Assembly (NCBI GenBank): GCA_964199315.1
Contig: OZ116702.1
Coordinates: 16,554,001 to 16,618,000 of the forward strand
DNA from: Orbicella franksi
Taxonomy: Eukaryota
Direction of reading: 5' to 3'
Length of the DNA: 64,000 nt
The notes beneath the pieces were generated by a model. It was not told where the DNA came from and ran no database searches. It worked only from the letters and a program-made list of their open reading frames with translations. Numbering within the stretch: position 1 is the first letter of the stretch; every line of letters begins with the position of its first letter. A program made the translations under genes and the position numbers. This document shows positions 34,234 through 48,600 of the stretch, in pieces.

Positions 34234-37200
34234 GACAGAAGTCATTTGATTATCATTATTATCAATACACAAGGCCAAATTGTACAAATTCATTTAAATT
34301 AATGAGAAAAAAATGTTTGACAGAGATGTCCCATGAAACTACGATATGGACAGTTGTTGCCACAATACGATCAGCTAAACAAGAGCCAAATAAAATTCTT
34401 CTGTTTACAATAAAAGTCAAATATAATCTAGTTTTAAAAAGATTAGTACAGTAACAACGATTAGAAAAAATCAACTGACCGCCCTGTAAGCTTCCGCCAT
34501 CCCTCTCTGCCGTGGCAAGCAAAATGAAAACAACAAAAGCCGAATAAACTCAGCTAACTTCTCTGCACCTTTCCAAACGTAGTCCGTGTTCTGCCCTTCC
34601 ATGAGGTATCGATTCAATTTCTACCTGTCTCCTGACTGAATAGATGATTAATTTTGTGTTCTGGTTTTGCCGGCATCTTTTTCTTTCATAAATAGCTAAT
34701 TATTCGCACAAGTAAGATTAATACAACTAAGTCTGCCCTTGCATGTTCACTGTTTTTTTTGGGGGGGGGGGGTGATTTCTACCGTCCCTTCATAAGAGCA
34801 TAGCTGCCTTGTGAGTGCCCGATCTCCAAAAAGCAGAATCAGCGGTCTCCATGTTAGGTACCAGGTTCTCTCGGTTCTCCTGTCATTAACCATGAGGAGC
34901 TTTACCCAAGAAAAAAATTCTCAGCAGGATGCGTAAAATGAAACCTTGGCTTGTCACAGTGAGGCGAGAGATCTCAGTTATCACACGGCCGAAATTAATT
35001 ATCTTTTTTTGATCCTGTCATGCAACAAAATAAACCAGACGCCACAATCCACGCGCGAGTCTTAATTTAAACACGAGAAGACTATGGCAATTTTCTTTCG
35101 CAAATATGCAACAAGTGAAGATGTGAAATCGAACCGACTTTTTACTTGCGGTTCTCTGATTGCTGAGCACTTTTATTGAACGCTTGCTGTTTTTGGATTC
35201 GCCGAATTTAGTCAACGGCAGAGGAAACTAAAAATAGTGACAGTAAAAGAAGAAGTGACGTTATGAAACTAAGTTTGAACGACATGGAGATAGGCTTCGT
35301 TTCTTTGTTTGTTTTCTTTAATCAGCTAAAATTTGTTGAAGCGTGCGTTAAGCATAGGTAAACTCAGTGTCGTCGGTCACATAACTTGCGTGTAACGCAA
35401 ACGGTTAGTTTCCAGTACCTCGCTTGTGTCCTGGCTATTGTTTTCGGATGTCTGCAGAGGATTTGTGTACTTGCTTGTGATCGCTATTGTGTGTCAAAGG
35501 TAATTTCTTACTAACTGGGTAATATTCTACTTTGGCAGGACTTTCAAGTTTCAAAAGCATCATGTTTTTGATTTGTAACTCACTTGAAGCATCAATATGG
35601 TGGGAGACGAACTGTCGTCCTCCTCCGCGTTTAACGTTTCCAGTCTTTCAAGGGTTACAAGTTCATCGCTTGACCCTCGAAAGCATTGGTATGTCCTTAC
35701 CAAAGAAGTTTGTCGAGGTTACCCGAAGGATTTCGCCAGGAATGAAATTTTTAAGTCATTTCCAAACGAGCCTCGAAGTGTGGCTCCGCAGGAACCTCAG
35801 CCCGCCAAATCGGCATATTCAAGCGACTAAACTCCATCGCCTTGGACATGGAGCACCACGATGCCATGGACTTCGCTTTTGGCGGGAAAGCGTGCCCAGT
35901 TATTCAAGCCTCTGAGGAACTCCAAGCAGAACTGGCGGAAAAATCACGGTCAATTGAATTCCTTGAACTCAAACTAAAAAACCTTCAGGGTCAGGTTGTT
36001 GATCTCGAAACGAGTTTAAGTGATTTTTCTTCTTCAGAGCCAACATGCTGTTCGACTCCTGTCAACTCTCGTTCACCATCATCATGCTGCAGTTCGATCG
36101 AGGAGACAAAATGCAGCCCAGACCTCGGATCGACGACCATAAAACGACAAGTTGTAGCCAAGTGCAAGGAAGTGCTAGATTCAATCAGTGACGTCTCTGA
36201 AAAATATAAAGAATCAATTGCTTGCGTTCTAGGAAGCAGTCTTATTTATGGTGATGATGCTCAGAGAGAAAACGTGAGAAACCACATCTCGGAGGTCATA
36301 AATATTGTAATGGACTCAAAGGGGTCGAAGAAAGGCTTTTCTGAGCTTCTGTCCTCAGAAACACACGCTCATGTTTTCCAGAGCATGAGAGTTCCGGATT
36401 GGGTGCTGTTGTATTTCAAGCTGCACACAAAGTTGCCTGATTCAGCATGGCAGACGCTGCTCAATTTGACCCAACTTGGAAAGACCGGGGTGAGTGCACT
36501 TCTGGGTAATGATGAGTGACATGAAAAGCTTTCGTTCCCTTTTTCTATTTATTGTTCTTAGTTTTGTTTGCATGCTGCTACTTTTCATTCATTGTGATTT
36601 GCTCAATATAATGGTTATGTATTCTCCAAAAAATAAATTACCATCATTACTTTTATCAAGGCTACTTCCCAATAAAAAATGTGTGTCTAGTATAATTTAT
36701 CAGTTTCACAATGTATTGAGCATTTCAATTTTACTCAGAGTGATCGCCAAAGACAACAAATCAAATATCGTAATAGCATAAGGAACTAGCTAGAAGCAAG
36801 GAAACACAAGTGACCAAATCACATATGCCAAATCGCAATTGGTTTTTTTTTGCATCTGATTGGCTGAGAGGGAAGCACGACCAACTTGACTTGATAAGAG
36901 ATGACTGTATATAAGAGTTAAATTTATGCCTCCATTAATAGTTTCCTTCTATTTATCCTTAGCGATCCAGTGATACACCTTTACTTCTTTCAAAAAATGA
37001 AATCAAGGCTGTAAAGAAGTTAGTATTTTCTGTTGTGCGGAAAACGCTGAAAATTGGTAGAGTCAATGATGCTGACTTTGAAGCATGCGATGTGGACCTA
37101 CAATCTGTTCTTGTCTGGGCCATACGAGAACAGCGCCTTCATTGTTGTGACACTGAGGACCTGGAATTCAATGTTAAACTTGATGGCCGTCCTCTTGGTG

Positions 37201-38194
37201 GTGAGTGTATCAGTAACATATTTTAACTGGGTGTTTCATTTGTCTGCCTAACAGTATCTACTGCAGTATTTTTGATAAGATTGTGTCATTCTATGGGTTA
37301 ATAATATGTTATGAATAGTTGGTAATAAAACTATTTATTTTTGGTATTTTGTTTTCAAGGGAAAAATCAAGTGGCTGTTGGTCTGGCCCCCATTGACTTT
37401 GCCAATAAAAGTTCTGAGAGCGCCTTGTCAGTCTACCCTATTGCTATAGGGAATTGTAAAGAGAATAGGTCAGTGACTACTGATTGTGCAATCATGAACA
37501 ATTTTTTGCATTTGGATAAGAAAGTAGGCATTGAGATGTTGCTGTAAAGAAAAGAAACATTTATACATGTATTTCTCAGTCAGTTATTTAAGATGTAGTA
37601 GAAACTCTAGATAAAAAGAGTTCCCTTTCTTTCATGAGCAGCTTTAGTTGAATTTTGTGATGAATACATTTTTTTCTGTTTATTACCTTCTTTCAATTAA
37701 GGTGACGTTTAACATTTTTTATTTTTGTCCCTATTCTTATATTAGGGCAAATCTAAAGCAATTGATTAGAAATCTTAATTGCCAGAAGATTGTGATAAAA
37801 AAACATGGCATTGTTGTGGATGGAAAAAAGTACAACATCTCTTTCACAGGTACATGTAAATAGTGATTTAAACCAGACTGATGAGAAAGGGAATGAATTT
37901 TGAAATGCTGTTATTTATTTAATGGGACATTATTTGTGTTTATTTGGGAGAAAAACTAAGTTAAAGCTATCTCATAATTTTTTACAGGGATCAATTAATT
38001 GTGCAAAAAAAGCGATGGCAAATACTGTTTGGTAATTACCTTAATATTTATGGCACTGTTCAGTACCTTTAGTAACATTTTGCTGTTGTTCTAAATATCA
38101 TAACAATCCTGCCATTAAATAGGGTTATATCAACATTAATACCACTGGTTCATAAGGAAATTGGACAAACTTATACAGTATGTGAAATGGTCCT

Positions 38195-41100
38195 TGTAGT
38201 GTATGTCCATATATGGTATTTCCTTATTTGGAAGTGACCATGTGCTTGAATAGAAGAGACCATCTAAAATGGCGGATTAAAACGTTGTGTTGTCAAATCC
38301 AGTCTCTGTTTGTTCCGCAAACACCACATTTTGGCGACGAGGATGGTGGTCACATTAAGTGGATTACCGTGCATATCTCCCTTCGACTGCATTGGGGAAC
38401 CAGCCACACTGGCTCAACGCTGGGACAAGTGGAAAGCTGAATTCGAACTATTTGTGGCAGCTTCGGGGGTTGAAGACAAAGTGCAAAAGCGAGCTCTACT
38501 TCTACATCTCGCAGGACCTGGAGTCCGTGAAATTTTCAAAACGTATTCAGCTGAAGTGCGAGGAGACAACAAAGAGTTCGATAAAGCGATGAAGTGTCTC
38601 TCGGACCATTTCAAAGTGAAGAAGAACGTACCTCTAGCGAGACAAAAACTGCTTGCCAGCCAGCCGAATCCGGGCGAAAAGATCAATAACTTCATTACGC
38701 GTTTGAAAAGTTTAGCGGAACACTGTGACTATGGTGAAGAAGAAGATAACCAGGTGAGAGATATTGTGATTTCGCATATCACGAATAAGGAACTGAAGGG
38801 CAAATTCTACCGCGAAGAAAACCTTAGTCTGACCAGACTTCTGGAAATCGTGAGCACCTATCACCATAAGGATGCCTTGGTTCTCGTAAGCGAAGAAACT
38901 GTGAATCGTACCTGGGAAGACCGAAGTAAGGGCGATAAAGGAGCGAAGAGCAAGCAGCCATGGCAAGGCAAATGTTGGAGATGCGATAAGACAAGTCACA
39001 TGGCGAAAGATTGTAAAGTTTCTCGTAACCATACTTGCAGCAAATGTGGAAAACGTGGGCACATGGAGGTCTGTTGTCACACGAAACAGGATAAACATGG
39101 CAAAGGAAGAGGCAAATCTGGAAGAAAACGAGAAGGCGTACAAACCATAGGCGACCAGCCTGACCAAGATGACGTGGAAGGAAGCAAAGTCAGTAAAGAT
39201 GATGGATTTTATGTCTTTAGCACCTCAGATCGTGAGTCAAACACTTTACCTCTTATGATTGAAAGTGAACCTGTCAATGTCATCATAGACTCAGGTGCTA
39301 CCTGCAACTTAATGTCTGAGCAAGTGTTTGATAAAGTGTCCAATGGAAAGCTAGAGTTGTTAGAGACTGACAGGAAAGTTTATGCTTATGCATCTCAGCA
39401 GCCGTTAAAGCTTAGAGGAAAATGCATGTTGAACATTAGTGTACCTAATACACAAACGTCGTTGAAAGCCGAGTTCTTCGTAATGCCAGGCTCCGCAGAC
39501 ACATTGCTGGGCAGGAGCTCTTCTGAAGAATTAGGTGTCTTGAAAGTGGGTGTTTCTGTGAATGCTTGTCAACTCAAAGATGTTACTGATAAGAAGGCTG
39601 CCCTTAAGGCAAAGTACCCTCAAGTGTTTACTGGTCTTGGAAAATTGAGAAATTTCCAATTAAAACTGCATGTAGATGAAAGTGTCACCCCAGTTGCTCA
39701 AGCTATGCGAAGAATTCCGTTCAGCAGGAAACAAAAGGTTGTTGACAAACTAGAGGAACTTGAGAAGCTTGATGTGATAGAGAAAGTGAACGGTCCAACA
39801 AGTTGGATTAACCCCCTTGTTAGTGTCAAAAAGCCAAATGGTGATGTTCGCATATGTTTAGACATGAGGCAAGCCAATCGAGCGATATTAAGAGAAAAAC
39901 ACCCTGTGCCTACCATTGAAGAGACACTGCAAGAAATTTCAGGGGCAAAAGTGTTCTCCAAGTTAGATTTGAACATGGCATTTCACCAAGTAGAACTTGC
40001 TCCAGAGTCAAGAGACATTACCACTTTTGCAGGACCTAATGGTCTTTACCGCTACAAACGTCTGATATTTGGTGTCAATATGGTCACTGAGAAGTTCCAA
40101 CACATCATCTGGCAGATACTCAAAGATTGCCCTGGCGCTCACAATATTCATGATGATATCCGTGTAGTTGGCGCTTCTGAAGAAGAACATGACGAAAGGT
40201 TGAATCAAGTCATGAAGAAATTAGAAGAGAGTGGCTTAACACTGAATTATGAAAAGTGCCAGATCGGCGTGAATAGCATGGAGTACCTTGGTAACGTGTT
40301 AACTGACGAGGGATTACAAGTATCTGGTGACAAAGTTGAAGCCATTGTGCAAGCACCAAGACCAAAGGACCAGTCAGAGCTGCGAAGCTTCCTTGGTTTG
40401 GCACAATATTGTTCAAGGTTCATTCCAAGCTTCGCGATCATTGCCAGCCCACTGTGGGATCTAACCAAATCACATGCCAAATGGAAATGGGGCACTGCTG
40501 AAGAGAAGGCTTTCCAAGCAGTCAAAATGCAGCTGACACAGGCACCAGTCATGGCATTCTTCAAACAAGGAGCGGAGACCCGTGTCACCACAGACGCCTC
40601 ACCAGTAGGTATCGGAGCTGTCTTGGAACAAAAGCAAGCTGATGGCCTGTACAGACCTGTACACTATGCTAGCTGAAAACTAACTCCACCCGAGAGCAGA
40701 TATTCTCAGTTTGAGAGGGAGGCACTGGCGGTGAAGTGGGGCTGTGAGAAGTTCTTCCTGTACATCCATGGAAATGAGTTCGAAATTTGCACTGACCATA
40801 AGCCGCTGGTCACTGTGTTTGGTCCACATTCAAAACCACCTTCAGCCAGAATTGAAAGATGGTTGTTATACATGCAGCAGTTCAAGTTTAGCATCAGACA
40901 CATCCCTGGCAGAGAAAACGCCGCTGACGCATTGAGCAGATTGCCAGTAGATAGTACTCCTGATGCAGCCATCAAGCAGACAGAAGAATATGCACGCAGC
41001 ATAGTTGCTGATGCCATACCTGCAGCATTAGCACCCCGCCAAGTTGAGAGAGAATCAGAGCGAGACCCTACCCTGCAACTGGTTCGCCATGCCATAACTT

Positions 41101-42271
41101 CTGGTGATTGGTCGAAACTCCAAGGAACAACCTACAAAGCTGTTAGAAATGAACTCTGGATAATGGGACAGCTGGTTATGAGAGGAAACAAAGTTGTCAT
41201 TCCAGAAAAGTTGTGGAACCAGACCATTCAACTGGCTCATGAGGGTCACCAAGGGATGGTGCGAACGAAATCTCGATTAAGAGAGAAAGTATGGTGGCCA
41301 GACCTTGACAAACAAGTTGAAAAGTTAATCCGAGCCTGCTACCCATGCCAGCTGGTTGGACCCAGACCAAAGCCAGAACCAATAAGGTCAACACCACTGC
41401 CTCAAGGCCCATGGAGTGAAATTGCTGTGGACTTACTAGAGATTCCAAAGAAGGGACACTTGCTCGTTGAAGTTGACTATTATTCTAAGTGTCCAGAAAT
41501 AGCTTTTCTGACCAAGACAGACGCAGGAAATGTGATCAAATGGAGAGCATGTTTCGCACTCATGGTTTGCCTGAAACCCTCAGAAGTGATAATGGTCCAC
41601 CGTTTGCTTCACGAGAATTTGAAGGATTCCTTGAGTACTTATCGATTGATCACAAGAAGGGCATCCCGTATTGGCCTCAAAGTGATGGCGAAGTAGAGAG
41701 GCTCAACAAAACCCTCCTGAAGGCAATCCGAATAGCACAACTACAAGGCAAAGATTGGAAGAGAGAAGTACAAGACTTTCTTTTCCAATATCGCAGCACT
41801 CCCCATACAGTCACTTCACTATCTCCAGCTGAGCTCCTTATGGGCAGAAAGTTAAGAGATAAGTTGCCACAGGTTAAACCTTCTCGTGATCAGGCTACTG
41901 AAGCAGAGTGGCAAATTCTTCTCAGAGAAAGGTATGCTCGCAGGAAGCTAAGAGAGAAAGAGTATGCTGACTCAAAGAGACATGCCACAACAAGTGACAT
42001 TGCAGAGGGCGACATGATCCTGCTACGTCAGAACCGCGAGAACAAGTTGTCACCAACATTTGAGCTCAAGCCATATCGAGTAGTAGAGAAGAATGGAAAT
42101 GCAGTTATCATCGAGAATTCTTCTGGCCAAAGTAAAATGAGGAATACTGGTCACATGAAGAAGTTTGTAGACCCAGGTGCTTCAGGAACTGAGCCCCCGG
42201 CTCCATCTAAAATGGCAGATTAAAACATTGTGTTGTCAAATCCAGTCTCTGTTTGTTCCGCAAACACCACA
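38195..42271 (+). mobile_element. Ty3/Gypsy LTR retrotransposon inserted in an intron of the transposase gene
   Basis: 5' LTR TG..CA at 38195-38328, PBS-like TGGCGACGAGG at ~38332. The 3' LTR remnant 42203-42271 matches 38260-38328 with 2 mismatches. Flanks GTCCT/TTCCT are a near-match 5-bp TSD. Confidence 0.93.
38343..42223 (+). pseudogene. Gypsy gag-pol (Gag, two zinc knuckles, protease, RT, RNase H, integrase)
   Basis: RWDKWKAEFELF, CWRCDKTSHMAKDC, IIDSGATCNL, VRICLDMR, IHDDI, TDASPVGIG, TDHKPL, HEGHQG, SDNGPPF, GEVERLN. One stop (40674) and one frameshift (~41540). Confidence 0.95.
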
Positions 42272-44203
42272 TTCCTTGGATATTGTTTTGCCTCATTAGC
42301 ATGTGTTATGAATTGTTTCCCCTTATACGACCTTAAGTGACTCTGGACTACAAGGCTTTGCTGCTTCTCCTAAACAAAAAAGACGATGAGGATTTCCTCC
42401 TTGGTGGCAAGGGCTATGGAGTGCAGTGTTGTGCATTTTGTGATGCAATACGGGTAAGGTTTTATATATTTACATGTAGTTTGATGGTAACTGCATTAAT
42501 TAACACTTACTTGAATTGTAAACTGCATTTTAGTATAGGGTTCAGTGACTATCTGTATCAATCATGTCAGTTATAAATTAGTACTATTATCATCAATAAA
42601 ATACTTTTATTTTTGCAATCCTAGTAAACACTGAATGTTAAGACAAGGAAAATAGATATCATTATCTAGTAGCTCTTTAGCTCTTTGTGGAAAAATTTTA
42701 TGTTTTTTCCAGCATTCTAAATGAGGTCAATATTTCTATTGTCCATAACTTTATTTTAGGCTTGCACTTGCCATGGAGTTGCTGTGGATGAGACATGCCT
42801 GGATTGTTTAAGATCAAAAGCTAACATTGGAAGGTGAGGGTGTTGTGAGCACAACTGACTGGTAAATATAAAATAATGGAAATTTCCAGGTTCAACGTAA
42901 GCCACTGAGTGTGTATTTTTGCTCTTTTTCAGGGATACAGGCCTTCGGGATGATCTCAATTTTCTTCTGGAGGAAGACTTGAGCAGCATAAATCTTTGCT
43001 CTCTTCATTGTGAGATGCGAAATTGTGAGCAGCTTCTAGGCTCATTGGGTTTGTTTGCCTATCGAGTTGGAACCCTGGACAAGTTGAATGGTGCCTTGTC
43101 TGATTATGGGCCTGAAAACTGTAGAGGTTTTCCTAGAGTAACAGTTAAAGAACGGAAAGGACAACAAACAGCAATAGAGAGACAAAATATACATGTTGCA
43201 TCTTTTTCAGGTACTGTCATCAGTCCTTTAATCTATTGTTCATCACCAATGTAATGCTGTCAGGAATATGCCAAATGAATGAACCCATTTACAGAGTGAA
43301 CATAATTTATAACTTTGTGAACATAATTGCATACAGTCTTAGGAAACAACTTTTTCAATTTTTACTCCGATTGCAATGTGAAGGTCATGGAGTAGTATAC
43401 ATACTTGTGCCATTTTATGACACTGATGCAAGTTTGGTGGTCGGTATTTAAAGTCAAGGTAAATTCTTTATCAGGTTCGATGGAGAGAGAAGTTCTTAAA
43501 AACTTTGAAGAAATTGTAGCAAGGTCACTCCCCCTTTAGAAAGTTGCCCATTACTATGAGGAATGTTCTGGAGCTGCAAGAGACGTTCTGCTAAACTATG
43601 TCACCTTTTTTGAACAGAGGATATCGGTGGGTTAACTCATACATGTAGCAAGATTTTGAATATCTTACATTACTGAGCAGAATTTAATGCTTTATATCAT
43701 TTTAATACACATAATTTCAGGTTGGGTTGAGATGACTTGTAAGGGAATAAATAATTATGTTTTACAATAAAAATTTACAATGTAATTAACAATGTCCTTA
43801 TTTGTAGTTTGTAGATGAGATACTCGACCGGGGAACCTTTGTTAGAGACTATGGTGTGCGGCAAGAAACAATTGACCTCGATGACACAAAAGGTGAAAGG
43901 ACATCTCAACGAAGCTCATTAGCTTACTATATTTATAAATTGTTCACTTAATAATTTTTTATTTACTCATCAGCCTATTCAATATTCATAACTTTCTCAA
44001 GATCTGAAATTGTTCTTAATGGAGCTACAGTTCAGTCAAGGCTTCTTTGCCTAAATTTTCAAGTTTCTCATTTCATTTGTAATCAAATTGAATTTCCCTC
44101 ATGCTTGACCACCTATGTCTTGGATTACTCCTACCTATTTGATGTTTGTTTACCCTGGGAAACTATTATTTTAAGGTTTCCTTACCAGTTGGGATTCTTA
44201 ATA

Positions 44204-44644
44204 TAGTTGAACCTCCTGTAAGCCACCACCCAAAATGTGAAGCCTAGGTGGTCGTTTATGAGAGCTTAGACCATAATGGGTCAAAAGTTTTCCTCATTAG
44301 AATATGATAACTGCCGAGACTTAACCCATGAACGAATGCCGATGCAATGTTTTATTCATGTGAAAGTCAATTTCGAGAAAAACATCTGGTTCTTCCCATT
44401 GAGAAATTGAGATAATGCTACAACACCTTATCCAATTTATGCTCTACTATCTGTCAAATGGTTGCTTACCGGAGGTTAAAAACAAAGGAAAATTTCAAAC
44501 TTTTAGCTCTAAAAGTAGTCGCACTCACTATAAAGAGGTTTCAAATATACCGATTTGACTTGGAAACTTTTGGTATTTTGGAAAACTGGTCGCTGAGGAG
44601 AGGTGATTGCTTACGAGAGGTGGTCGCAACCAGAGTTTGGACTG
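44204..44644. mobile_element. Tc1/mariner-pogo-type MITE (intronic)
   Basis: TA|TAGTTGAACCTCCTGTAAGCCACCACC ... GGTGGTCGCAACCAGAGTTTGGACTG|TA: degenerate TIRs with TA duplication. Confidence 0.6.
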
Positions 44645-45393
44645 TAGTTTATGTTACATTTGAAATATTTGTTTATTTATTTACAGTGGCCCCAATTAGC
44701 ACATTTAATAGTGCTAAATACATTTGACACTTAAATAAAGTTATTATTATTATAATTATTTAAAGTAAATTTCACACATTGTAATCTTGATGTAAATCCT
44801 TTATGCAAGAACCTTTACCCACATAAAGTCATCTGTCTCTCAACCCAAGGCTATGAATGGCTGGAAACAAACATAATCAGGGAAACCTTGGGTTGCTCCA
44901 GACTACAACAAATTGGTCCATTATATTCCCATTAAATGCTTACACTGACAATCTGTTGGATTCTTTCTGTTTTTGGCTGTAAGAACTTAAAGTGTTCTTG
45001 GAGAACCTAAAGGAGAACTGGATTAAAAGACAAAAAGAAGTCGAAGAAAGATTCCTGGAGCTGGAAGAACAGTGTGGCAATGAGGAACCCCTACCCAAGA
45101 ATAGGAAAAGAGGGAAGAAGAAAAAACTCATGGAAGACCACACTGATCCCTTCGCAAATTATGCAGCCCAACTTCAAATTGAATTTTTTGTCAAGGTAAA
45201 CTTGTAGCTAACTTTGACATGCAAGTAGGTTGCATACACTCAATTGAGTCATTCACTTATAAAAATGCCTGACTGGAAAATCAGTGTTGTTCAATAACCA
45301 ACATTGTCAACTGAAAGATTAGCAGTTTTATTTGTGAAGAAACAAAAAGTTTAACTGCAGCAGTTGTAACTTTATTTGACTAATACTTAACTG

Positions 45394-45656
45394 ATGAAAG
45401 AATGAAGGATGCGAATACAGCCATAACACTACTGGAAAAATTAGCTGAAAAAATTTCAGGCTCTAAATGGGACTCGAAACCATGACCTTTGCATTACTGT
45501 TGCAATGCTCTACCAACTGAGCTGTCAAAGCCACATGAGAGCGGTCGTGTGTGGGTTGGGCCCTATATGTTCAGTGGACGTAATACTCAGCTGAAATTTT
45601 TTCATGTCATTTTTCCAGTAGTGTTATGGTTGCATTCGCATCCTTCATTCTTTCAT
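45394..45656 (-). repeat. tRNA-derived sequence enclosed by 65-bp inverted repeats (intronic)
   Basis: Minus strand 45532-45459 has A box AGCTCAGTTGG and B-box-like GTTTCGAGTCC. Segments 45394-45458 and 45592-45656 are reverse complements with few mismatches. Confidence 0.75.
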
Positions 45657-48600
45657 TATTTAATTGCTACTGTTGGACATCTATTACCATGTAATACTTG
45701 TCAGGTTTGCTGTGATTGGAGGGAAATTGCCCACACAATGCGTGACAGAGTGTTCGAAGACCATGAAGAGCAATTGATTGATATCCATGATGTGAAGGTA
45801 TTATTTTTTATATTGAAAACAATTATTATTCTCTTACGAAGCTGTTGTGGCCATAGCCCTTGGTCCATATACACACTTGCTTAAACTTTTCTTGAGTTTG
45901 TTTGAATTAACTGAAAATGGTAGGATATCACCTTTATGAACTAAGTTATTCAATACATACAGTGGTTTAAGTCCATTTTTGTTTTAAGCATTGCATCTAG
46001 ACTTGACAGGTATGAAACTGGTTTGTGCAGAAATATTCAGGAATGTTCAGTTACTCTTACTAAATCCAACAAGGTTAATAGGCTGATAGAAAATAATTTC
46101 AACCATAGCTTTTCTACACTGGAATGCTAAAGCTGTATGTTACTGTCAAAAACTACATGCTTTTCTGTAGTGTCAAAATTATTGTGTATACAGTTAAAAA
46201 TTTTACAGGTAGAGAGGGTTACCCATCTTTGATAATTTAATTTCTTATTACATTCTTGTTTTCTTTTGCTATACTCTCTAGTGCAAGGAGTGGGGCTTTT
46301 TGTTGAAAATGCTATTTGGACTACACCTTGGCACTGGTGATTATGGGCACCTTGTCATAGATCACAGTGCTATGCTCCTACGGCACTTTAGGTCCTTCTA
46401 TAAATATTCTGGCCAAGGATTTGAGGCTTCTCACAAGCTACACAGACAATTGTATTCTAAGGCAACAAATCATGATTCATCTGGACCTGGCCAGTCATGT
46501 GAGTTACAAGATACTGTATTATTATCATCATCCTTGTCGTCATTATCATAACTGTTATCAGTATTAATTATAGTTATTTTACTTATTATAGTACAGTCAC
46601 ACTAGTTTCAGTCACTTTTATTTCTGAATACTCCCTAGAGTGTCTGTTGAGGCCATAATGATATAGAATCAAGTTTAAATGAAAGTAAAATAAATTGTAA
46701 TATCAAATAAATTGGGTTTGAAAACATTTTCTCTTCCTATAGTGAATCAAATTCTCACGCATTGGTATGCAACCATGCTGCTGTCGTTGAGATATTCATT
46801 CCAACAAGCTGAAAATTGCATTATGGCCAGTAAGTATTAAAAACCAAATTATGTGCCATGGATATTTTGTAATACTACATCAATAGATTAACTCCTTGTG
46901 TGCATTTTACACATGGAGATAAAAGGAAACCAAGTAAATAAACACTGAATTTAATTACACGTATATCTTAATGCAAAGTTTGTGACATAATTGTGTAACA
47001 TTAGCATTTGCTAGCATGCAATGTTAATTCGAAACAGGTATGGTTTTCACTCCCTCAAGCACTATCTTTTCTTTTGTTTTTTGTTTTTTTTTCATTCTTA
47101 GGAAAGAAAACATTTACCTACCGTGGATGTGGCTGGAAAAGTGCTGGTCATGAAATGAGATCTTGGACAGGAGCTATGAAAACTTGGGTTCAAGTAATCA
47201 ATAATTTATTTGAGCAAATGTTTGGAAGTGACTTCCTTACATACTGCTATGATAAAGACCATGGCACTAGGGTTGAGGACACGGTGACATCCAGTATTTT
47301 AGAATACTGCCATGATCACTGGGAAAGTCAGTATGGTGTCCACATCAGTCCACAGCCACCACAAGATCTTTCTGGTAAGTGTCACCCAGTAGCTACCACC
47401 TTGGTTTCAGATACTGACATGCTGACTGAGCCAACCCCACTGCAAGATCTTTCTGGTAAGTGTCACCCAATAGCTACCAACTTGGATTTAGATTCTGCCA
47501 TGCTGAATGAGCCAGCCCCAATACTCATTCCAGAATCTGAACCAGCTAAATGTAACTTGGAGTCTGTCACTTCTCATTCATCTCCTCAACTAAAAGCTGC
47601 AGTTGTCATTGAGGATCAAGGTGAGACCATCCTGTCACAGCAAACTGCCTTGCAAGTTGCTATGGCCAAAGCTAGCACAAGAGGTGAAGAAGCTGCTCTA
47701 CACAGTTTACTTCCACCTCTGGCATCAAAATTTCCCTTGGCACTCCAGCCAGTTTATGGTAAAACCTTGAATGCAGATCCCTTCTCATTAACAGAGCGTC
47801 CCTGTAAAAGTGACATCCAGAAGGCTCAGAAAGTTCTGCTTGATGCTAAAAAAGCAGGCATGAATCCTACTGGTATTGACATTGAAGGCAAGGGTCAGTT
47901 TTCTGAGAGTGCCCTCTGTATCCTAAAACGCTTCTGCACACTAGCTGACACTACTCGCAAAGTGTCTGCAGAAGCTAACTGGCTATCAAAAATGAAATGC
48001 TCACCTGAAGATCTTGTACGATTACAAGATGCCCTTTGGCATCATCCAACAAACCACCCAATACTAAAGTACGGTAAGAAGGGATTGAATTCCACGTCAT
48101 TTTCTGATCTTGTTGAGGAACGATATATCGATAGCTTTGTCATTGATATATGCATCGGTAAGTTTTTGGATGACGCCAGAGAAAATGGTAAGAATGACAC
48201 TGTGTACTTTCCCACAGAATTTTATGATTGAATGAGCTGCAACGACAAGAATTTCCAGCAGCTGCAATTAAATGAAACAACAAAGCACCTCTCAAACATC
48301 GATGATTTGCAGCAAATTCTAGTGCCAGTTTACATGCCTAACCATTGGGGCTTAATCTTTGTTGATTTAGCCCAGAAAGAGATGTACTTTGATGATGGCC
48401 TGCAGTCAGCAGTTCCTACCATGTCCCTTCCATCAGTCAAGTTGTCATTAGAGTTACTCTCTGAAATGTACCCACACCATCCACTTTTTCAAACAAGGTT
48501 TTGGAAAAACTATCCAAGGTTTCGGCGCTTTGGTATGCCATCTCAGGCACCGGTTAACTCAAAAATGATCGGCATTGGAAGCTGTGGGATTGGTGTGATC

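Noticed and set aside
34955-34961. CACAGTG heptamer upstream of the RAG1-like gene as an RSS/TIR
   Set aside because: No nonamer at 12 or 23 bp, and no matching inverted end or TSD was found downstream; a 7-mer is expected by chance in 64 kb.
45459-45532. Functional tRNA gene
   Set aside because: Stems are mismatched and the sequence is embedded in an inverted-repeat element; treated as a tRNA-derived repeat.
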